Shown here piece after piece: positions 17,285 to 22,770 of a stretch of DNA of 24,000 nt; positions within the stretch are counted from its first letter, which is position 1, and the number at the start of each line of letters is the position of its first letter. The position numbers were made by a program, and so were the translations under genes. The DNA is from Candidatus Saccharimonadales bacterium. Lineage in GTDB: Bacteria > Patescibacteriota > Saccharimonadia > Saccharimonadales > JACQNP01. Where the stretch lies: the NCBI GenBank assembly GCA_046350695.1, contig JAXLZX010000002.1, positions 109,070 to 133,069 of the forward strand, given 5' to 3'. The notes under the pieces are model-generated. The model searched no databases, was not told where the DNA came from, and was given only the letters and a program-made list of their open reading frames with translations.

Positions 17285-18068
17285 TTTTCCTAGAACTTAT
17301 ATGTTTTAATGTTAACTCAGTTCTCGCTTTAGCGTAAGTACAGAAGTCACAATCACCGCCCATAGCCGCACTACCCACTGGTGGCATTTCATCGTTATCC
17401 ATACATTTTTTCATATCTTTAAGTGTTGGCTCTACCCAAGTATCACTACCTTTGTATGGGATTATCTTGGTCCTAAACTCTACACGATCATTAAAACCGT
17501 CGAGATCCATTCGCCCATTAGCATATACAAAATATCCTATATCGCTTACACTAAAACCATTTTGTCGCAACAGCCACTGATATACCTCAAGCTGTCTTTT
17601 GTAACTTATCTGCCAGTCTGAATCAATACCCACCTCGGCATCTTTCGCTGTAGCCTTGTAGTCTACAACAATTAGATTGCCCTTCTCGTCTACCCATATA
17701 TCATCAACTCCGCCAAACACGTGCAAGTTGGTTGGCCCATGAATTGCTACCACGCCCACAAAAGTTTCTCGCCAAGTATCAAGCTGTTCATGCTCAAATG
17801 GTATTGCATCGACTCCAAACTCTACCATTAAAGGGTGAGGCTGTTTCTTATTACGATAATCATCAAATTCCTTCTTAAACAATTCGTCTATAGCTTTGTT
17901 TATGTTAAATGGAGGCCCACTCGGACGCTTAATCTTAAGCCTGACATCAAGCCAAAAACACCGAGGACACTGCATAAACAACTCAATCTTACTTCTACTA
18001 ACCTTAAAAGCATCCTTTTGTCCAGGAATGTATGGTTTGTTTCTTTCTCTCCAGTAGTTTCCAGCCAT
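17274..18068 (-). CDS. PD-(D/E)XK nuclease superfamily protein, Cas4/RecB-like with flanking Cys pairs, 264 aa.
   Basis: Core GGVDDIW...LIVVDYKA (D...D/ExK) followed by QLEVYQWLL (QxxxY). CPRC lies near the N-terminus and C...CDFC near the C-terminus, as in Cas4/AddB-type Cys-stapled nucleases. Confidence 0.7.
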   Translation of the reverse strand: MAGNYWRERNKPYIPGQKDAFKVSRSKIELFMQCPRCFWLDVRLKIKRPSGPPFNINKAIDELFKKEFDDYRNKKQPHPLMVEFGVDAIPFEHEQLDTWRETFVGVVAIHGPTNLHVFGGVDDIWVDEKGNLIVVDYKATAKDAEVGIDSDWQISYKRQLEVYQWLLRQNGFSVSDIGYFVYANGRMDLDGFNDRVEFRTKIIPYKGSDTWVEPTLKDMKKCMDNDEMPPVGSAAMGGDCDFCTYAKARTELTLKHISSRKNGK

Positions 18069-18072
18069 CAGC

Positions 18073-18768
18073 CTATTGTAGCAATTTAGCTGACGTTACA
18101 ACAGAAGCTGTTTCAGCTCGTAAAGTGAAGTCGTTTACATTAATCTTCTCAATAATCTTGGTGTCAAATAATTCTTTTTCTGAGTCTGACCAACCTCCCT
18201 CGGGACCGACAAAAATCCCAAGATTGTCGTTCTCGGCAAACTTCCCCTCTTCGCCTTGTTCACAAACAAAAAGTTTAATTTTACTAGAATATTCTTCGAT
18301 TGCAGTTGTAAGTTTTATTGGGGCGCGAACTTCAGGAATATCACTACGACCACATTGTTCGGCGGCTTCGGTAACAATTTTTTTCCACCTCTCTAAACGA
18401 CTATCTGATAGATCCGTTTTATCACATCGATCTGAAATAATAGGCACGAAATTACTAATACCAATTTCTGTACATTTTTGAAGCACCCATTCGTTCTTAT
18501 CTTTTTTTAGTAGTGACCAAAAAAGATAAACCTCCCTTTTTGGAATTTGGCGCGACATTTCCGTAATTAATTTAAGATGGGCTTCTTTGTCATTTATCTC
18601 TTCAATCTCATAAAGCCTATCTGTCTCCCTGCCATCAAAAAGCACAATCTTTTGCCCTGGCTTAAACCGTAAAACACGGTTCCACTGGTTGAGTAAATTT
18701 GGATCGTGTAACCAAAAATCAGACCTAAGCTCTATATCCTCACCCGTATAAAATCTATGTAATTTCAC
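18073..18768 (-). CDS. rsmE: 16S rRNA (uracil1498-N3)-methyltransferase RsmE, 231 aa.
   Basis: MKLHRFY start, PUA-like N-terminal domain, and the SPOUT C-terminal motif IFVGPEGGWSDSE. GTG start in a GTGA overlap with the upstream ORF. Confidence 0.85.
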   Translation of the reverse strand: MKLHRFYTGEDIELRSDFWLHDPNLLNQWNRVLRFKPGQKIVLFDGRETDRLYEIEEINDKEAHLKLITEMSRQIPKREVYLFWSLLKKDKNEWVLQKCTEIGISNFVPIISDRCDKTDLSDSRLERWKKIVTEAAEQCGRSDIPEVRAPIKLTTAIEEYSSKIKLFVCEQGEEGKFAENDNLGIFVGPEGGWSDSEKELFDTKIIEKINVNDFTLRAETASVVTSAKLLQ

Positions 18769-19205
18769 GCCGCCACCATTACGCTCTGTATATCTAAAAC
18801 TGGCAGTAGTACAGGTGGAGAAATTCTACCCGATGGATTGTCATCTACGAAAGGACTAATTATACTTACGTCGAACATATCGGCTGCAAATGTTTGAATT
18901 TTAGGCATACTAAGTTTTTGCACAAACTTAATACCGGAAAAGTAGCCCTTCAAAGTTATCTCGTCAAATTGATGTTGGTAAACTTGCTCGTCAAGAGTTA
19001 GTCCTCTATTTAAAATAAATCCGCTCAACGAATGAATAATCAATGGTTTACTTCCATAAATTGTATCCGGATCACCTATAAGCTGTCGTGCCTGATCGGC
19101 AAGCTCAACGGCCAATTCCGGATGAGCCATATCTATATCCCACTGGAGTTCTTGCGCCAATTCAATTGGATTTCCTGGTATGAATATTGTGCTATCTACG
19201 CCCAT
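18765..19205 (-). CDS. Hypothetical protein of 146 aa, soluble, no recognisable domain.
   Basis: Intact ORF occupying the whole gap between two methyltransferase genes. ATG at 19205. Coupled to rsmE through a GTGA overlap. Confidence 0.55.
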   Translation of the reverse strand: MGVDSTIFIPGNPIELAQELQWDIDMAHPELAVELADQARQLIGDPDTIYGSKPLIIHSLSGFILNRGLTLDEQVYQHQFDEITLKGYFSGIKFVQKLSMPKIQTFAADMFDVSIISPFVDDNPSGRISPPVLLPVLDIQSVMVAA

Positions 19206-19211
19206 TTTGTA

Positions 19212-19217
19212 ATTATA
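19212..19217 (-). promoter_or_regulatory. -10 box TATAAT, 6 nt upstream of the ATG of the 146-aa ORF (leaderless-type).
   Basis: The minus strand reads TAG (stop of the upstream gene), then T-TATAAT-TACAAA-ATG. Confidence 0.4.
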
Positions 19218-19218
19218 A

Positions 19219-20457
19219 CTAATACTTGATCAATATAGCTAGACTTTCAATGTGTGGAGTTTTCGGAAAAAAGTTATAGCCTTCAATGGACTTGACTTCA
19301 TAGTCCTGCTGTAACAAAGCAATGTCCCTAGCTTGGGTTACCGGGTTACAGCTCAAATATACAACTATCGGTGGCTGTGCTGATTTAATTTTATCAATGA
19401 CTTTTGCGTGTAAGCCCGCTCTTGGAGGATCAACAACCAAAGACTTGTCACTACTAATATAATTGAGCGCTTCTTCACTACTCGCCAATAATATCGACTC
19501 TCTATTTTCTGCGTTTAGCTGAGCAAACTTTGTATTTTCAAAATCATTATCAATATAGTAATCAGCGCCGCCCACACAAACTCCTATAGTCCCAACGCCA
19601 CAATACAAATCAACAAAACTCTGCCCAGCTAAATTTTGTTTTATTTTTTTAATTGCCTGTTCAAAGATAGTTGTATTTACCTGGAAGAAGCTGTGGACAT
19701 TATAAATTAGTTTCTTACCAGATAAGTCATCTGACAACTCAACGCTACCATAGCTAAAAAGTGTATTTGTGAGTATACTTGCTGGACTTTTAGGATTTGA
19801 AAAACAAACTTCTACGCCCTGACATGCATCACCAAGCTCATCAATGTTTGGAAAGGTTTCATCCTTAACAAAGATTGCCGCGACAGTGTCACCCGTACTA
19901 TTAACTCTTAACAATAAAGTCTTTAGTTGGCTACCTCTAATTTTATGTTTGTTTAAAATAGCCACTATTCTTTGGGCTACTTGGTCGATCTCGGGTCTTG
20001 CTAAGCTGCTACCCTCAACTATAATCTTTCCCTGACTACCACGTCTATGCAATGCTAAGTGCAAGCCATCATCCTCAGCCCAAAATGAGTATTCCATCTT
20101 ATTCCTATAGTGCCACTGGTCGTCTGAGTCAAAAAAATCTACATCACCAAATTCTACTTTCTCTCTATGTAATGTTTCTTTTAGAATTTCGTGTTTAAAT
20201 TTATTCTCTGAATTTATGTCCATAATCTGCCATGGACTAGTGCTTAAATAAGCCTCGTCCCTAGGCTTAACGCGCAGTGATGACGGTTTGATAATTTCTT
20301 CTGCGACAGCCTCACAATAATCTTTTTTATTCTTTGTTATCCGAACGCCTACTTCTTCATCTGGTAAAGCGTTCCATACAAACACTACTCGCCCATCCGG
20401 CAGTCTGCCTATAGCTTGGCCGCCATGAACTAACTTTTCGGTTACGACCCTTTCCAT
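19219..20457 (-). CDS. SAM-dependent RNA (uracil-5-)-methyltransferase, TrmA/RlmD (RumA) family with N-terminal TRAM-like domain, 412 aa.
   Basis: VVDPPRAGL motif and the catalytic-Cys motif YLSCNP. FFQVN and DLYCGVGTIG form the SAM-binding site. The Cys cluster of Fe-S-containing RumA is absent. Confidence 0.85.
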   Translation of the reverse strand: MERVVTEKLVHGGQAIGRLPDGRVVFVWNALPDEEVGVRITKNKKDYCEAVAEEIIKPSSLRVKPRDEAYLSTSPWQIMDINSENKFKHEILKETLHREKVEFGDVDFFDSDDQWHYRNKMEYSFWAEDDGLHLALHRRGSQGKIIVEGSSLARPEIDQVAQRIVAILNKHKIRGSQLKTLLLRVNSTGDTVAAIFVKDETFPNIDELGDACQGVEVCFSNPKSPASILTNTLFSYGSVELSDDLSGKKLIYNVHSFFQVNTTIFEQAIKKIKQNLAGQSFVDLYCGVGTIGVCVGGADYYIDNDFENTKFAQLNAENRESILLASSEEALNYISSDKSLVVDPPRAGLHAKVIDKIKSAQPPIVVYLSCNPVTQARDIALLQQDYEVKSIEGYNFFPKTPHIESLAILIKY

Positions 20458-20465
20458 CTATTATA

Positions 20466-21419
20466 TCAGCGAGAATACAATCCAATGATCAGAACGACAG
20501 AAAACAGTACACGCAAGATCAAACTTATAAATACGTAGTTCTCCTGAACGGCTTCGTAGTTTGCAAACTTGCCTACACGCTTAAGTGCAAGTAACTGGTT
20601 TTTACCGATTATTGATGCACTAACAACCAGCACTACATAAAGTGCATAGACAAACCAAGTAGCTCTTATATCTCCGAAAACTATAGTGAAGATTGCGTAC
20701 GATATTATTACTAGCCACGGCAATATGCCAGTGATTAATCCTAGGTAATATTCTCTTATAGCTGCCTTTCCAGTTTCTACGGTACGTTTTTCAGCCATCC
20801 ATCCAGCGATCATTGTAACAATCATAAAACCACCAATAAGTTTCAGTGTTGCAATATCTAAAACCCCACTAAGCATGGCAACAGTTTCGACCATAATCGC
20901 AAAAGTAATAGCCATTTCAATCCATCGCTTTGGCATAACCTTAGCTTTTATTGAATCATCATGATCTTTTTTAAATCTAGTTAAGTAAAGTACTGGCAGA
21001 ACTATTGAAACAACCGCAAGCACAATTACTATCCATTTAATGTGCACATCCACAATCCCTTGAGTTGCTGGTGCAAACTGAGTGCCGTTAACACTGTTTA
21101 GTTCGTCCTTACCCCAATACCCAACACTAAGCTGAAAACTAAGGTTGCTCATCAAAAAGTATGCAGCAACAGCTATCAGTCCGTAAACAACTATACTTAT
21201 CGCATAAAGTTTCTGTAGCCTAGTTTTCGGTTCTTTAGATTTCTTACTATCTTTAGTCGTAATAGTCTTTTTTGAAACAACGACTTTTGTAGCAGTTGAT
21301 TTACTAGTAGACTTGGCCGACTTAACTGATGTGTTTTTAGAAGTTGGTTTTTTCGCTGCCGGTTTTTTGGCTTTTGTGGTTTTAGTCTTTGCCTTCGATG
21401 ATTTAGTTGTTGTAGCCAT
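20466..21419 (-). CDS. Heliorhodopsin-family 7-TM protein lacking the TM7 Schiff-base lysine, with a polybasic N-terminal extension (about 317 aa from the ATG at 21419).
   Basis: Blocks align with my recollection of heliorhodopsin 48C12: FKK...KRWIEMA (FKR...FRWVEYS), IAGWMAEKRT (LFGWLQEKYT), ITGILPWLVIISY (IAGIVPWIGLLIY) and GKFANY...NYVFISLILRVLF (GKWSNY...AYIVLSLVAKSAL). The start is set at the ATG at 21419 because TGGTATAGT lies 6 nt upstream. The track ORF begins at GTG 21437. Confidence 0.65.
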   Translation of the reverse strand: MATTTKSSKAKTKTTKAKKPAAKKPTSKNTSVKSAKSTSKSTATKVVVSKKTITTKDSKKSKEPKTRLQKLYAISIVVYGLIAVAAYFLMSNLSFQLSVGYWGKDELNSVNGTQFAPATQGIVDVHIKWIVIVLAVVSIVLPVLYLTRFKKDHDDSIKAKVMPKRWIEMAITFAIMVETVAMLSGVLDIATLKLIGGFMIVTMIAGWMAEKRTVETGKAAIREYYLGLITGILPWLVIISYAIFTIVFGDIRATWFVYALYVVLVVSASIIGKNQLLALKRVGKFANYEAVQENYVFISLILRVLFSVVLIIGLYSR

Positions 21420-21425
21420 GAGAGA

Positions 21426-21434
21426 ACTATACCA
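21426..21434 (-). promoter_or_regulatory. Extended -10 promoter TGGTATAGT, 6 nt upstream of the ATG at 21419 (leaderless-type).
   Basis: The minus strand reads TGG-TATAGT-TCTCTC-ATG. Confidence 0.4.
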
Positions 21435-21471
21435 CACTTATTACCACGAAAATGCAGTTTTATTGTCTACG

Positions 21472-21981
21472 TTATTTTAATTTTTCTGCAAATTTTTTAC
21501 GAAATTTTTCTAACTTTGGATTAATAACCGCTTGGCAATATGCCTGCTCGGGATGACTCATAAAATAATTACGATGGTAGTCTTCAGCCTCATAGAATTT
21601 ATTAAGCTTTTTGATTTTGGTTATAATTTTGCCATTCCATAATTGATTTGCAATACTCAGTGAGTTGTTTATTACATCTAACTGTTCGCTATTTTTGTAC
21701 AATATTATCGAGCGATACTGACTCCCTATATCATTTCCCTGTCTGTTAATTGTGGTTGGATCGTGAATCGACCAAAATATTTCCAATATTTCACCTAGCT
21801 TAATATCGTCTTCATTGAATTCAAGCTTGACCACTTCGGCATGATCTTGGATATTATAATAATTTGGGTCCTCGCCTTCACCGCCACTATAACCTGGCGA
21901 TACATATTCAATACCACTAACAAGCTGATAAGTAGCTTCTAAACACCAAAAACATCCTCCTCCTAAAACAATAGAATTCAT
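21472..21981 (-). CDS. msrA: Peptide methionine (S)-sulfoxide reductase MsrA, 169 aa.
   Basis: N-terminal LGGGCFWC active-site motif, and HDPT and YHRNYF motifs. Confidence 0.93.
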   Translation of the reverse strand: MNSIVLGGGCFWCLEATYQLVSGIEYVSPGYSGGEGEDPNYYNIQDHAEVVKLEFNEDDIKLGEILEIFWSIHDPTTINRQGNDIGSQYRSIILYKNSEQLDVINNSLSIANQLWNGKIITKIKKLNKFYEAEDYHRNYFMSHPEQAYCQAVINPKLEKFRKKFAEKLK

Positions 21982-21987
21982 ACATAT

Positions 21988-21993
21988 ATTCTA
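21988..21993 (-). promoter_or_regulatory. -10-like box TAGAAT, 6 nt upstream of the msrA ATG (leaderless-type).
   Basis: The minus strand reads TAGAAT-ATATGT-ATG. The only SD-like AGGTG is about 14 nt upstream, too far to be functional. Confidence 0.35.
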
Positions 21994-22025
21994 CACCTAA
22001 TTAATCTCATACTGAGAATAACGAT

Positions 22026-22637
22026 TTATTCGTGGAGAGTTGCATGTACGCTATATCGAGATAGACTAATCCCCTGCTGTTTACGCCTAATGATAACCGT
22101 TAAGGCAATTAAAGCGTTAGCTATAACTAAATAGAATGGATATAACAATGCATCTAATGTGAATGTCTGCAGGGACGCTATTGTAAAGACTGGCGCAATT
22201 ACACCAATAATAAATGTCTGCCAAGTTTCCTCTCCGGGCTTTACCCAAGAGTGCCTTAAAGTCGGTAACATAGCAATACAGTCAATTGTTACCGAAGCAA
22301 TAATTGCAACCGTTGGCGAGTCAAAGACTAACCAAAGAATTAAACCAACTAATGCCCCAATTTGACAAAAACCATCGAACCAAGAAAATTTAGCTATTCC
22401 ATACTTTATGCCAAGTATCACTACTATTGTAGTACATATAGTGCTGCCAGCCATTAATATTCCTGTGTTGATTTCTCCGGCCGCAAAGGTTGCAAGCATA
22501 GCTATACCAGTTAGAAGAGTCCAAGTAAACCATGACACAATATTAGGTTTTGTCCGACGCTTGACTATGTCTATCATGTATGGAATGACAGATACTATCG
22601 CAAGCATCCCGCCAATAATCGCCATTATATTTCGCAT
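22026..22637 (-). CDS. 7-TM membrane protein with internal duplication (3+1+3), PQ-loop/SWEET-like (about 203 aa from the ATG at 22637).
   Basis: Seven hydrophobic helices. TM1 (VSVIPYMIDIVKRRTKPN) and TM5 (IAMLPTLRHSWVKPGEE) carry a similar Pro-x(7-10)-KP loop motif. The start is chosen at ATG 22637 (MRNIMAIIGG) because of the promoter geometry. The track ORF starts at GTG 22679. Confidence 0.4.
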   Translation of the reverse strand: MRNIMAIIGGMLAIVSVIPYMIDIVKRRTKPNIVSWFTWTLLTGIAMLATFAAGEINTGILMAGSTICTTIVVILGIKYGIAKFSWFDGFCQIGALVGLILWLVFDSPTVAIIASVTIDCIAMLPTLRHSWVKPGEETWQTFIIGVIAPVFTIASLQTFTLDALLYPFYLVIANALIALTVIIRRKQQGISLSRYSVHATLHE

Positions 22638-22644
22638 TACAGCA

Positions 22645-22673
22645 ATAGTATATATACTATACTGAATTAGCAA
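22645..22673 (-). promoter_or_regulatory. Candidate promoter TTGCTA, 17-nt spacer, TACTAT, then 7 nt to the ATG at 22637 (leaderless-type).
   Basis: -35 at 22673..22668, 17-nt spacer, -10 at 22650..22645, then 7 nt (TGCTGTA) to the ATG. Confidence 0.35.
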
Positions 22674-22770
22674 GTACACCTAATAAAGTTGAATCCAAGC
22701 CAAGTACAGTCAGAGTGGCGCAACAGATTATTCTGCGTGTAGTGTTCAACTTTATGATATGTGAGAGCGG

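Noticed and set aside
20458-20468. TGATATAAT extended -10-like sequence immediately upstream of the RNA methyltransferase gene.
   Set aside because: It lies only 2 nt from the ATG, so a transcript initiated from it would begin inside the coding region. The TGA is the stop codon of the upstream gene. The methyltransferase gene is more likely co-transcribed with the heliorhodopsin-like gene.
21420-21437. GTG at 21437 as the start of the heliorhodopsin-like gene (MWYSSL...).
   Set aside because: That GTG lies upstream of, and partly overlaps, the TGGTATAGT box, which sits 6 nt from the in-frame ATG at 21419. The ATG fits the leaderless pattern seen at other genes.
22638-22679. GTG at 22679 as the start of the 7-TM membrane protein.
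   Set aside because: The extra 14 residues overlap a TTGCTA-17-TACTAT promoter-like element positioned 7 nt from the ATG at 22637. The start assignment remains uncertain.
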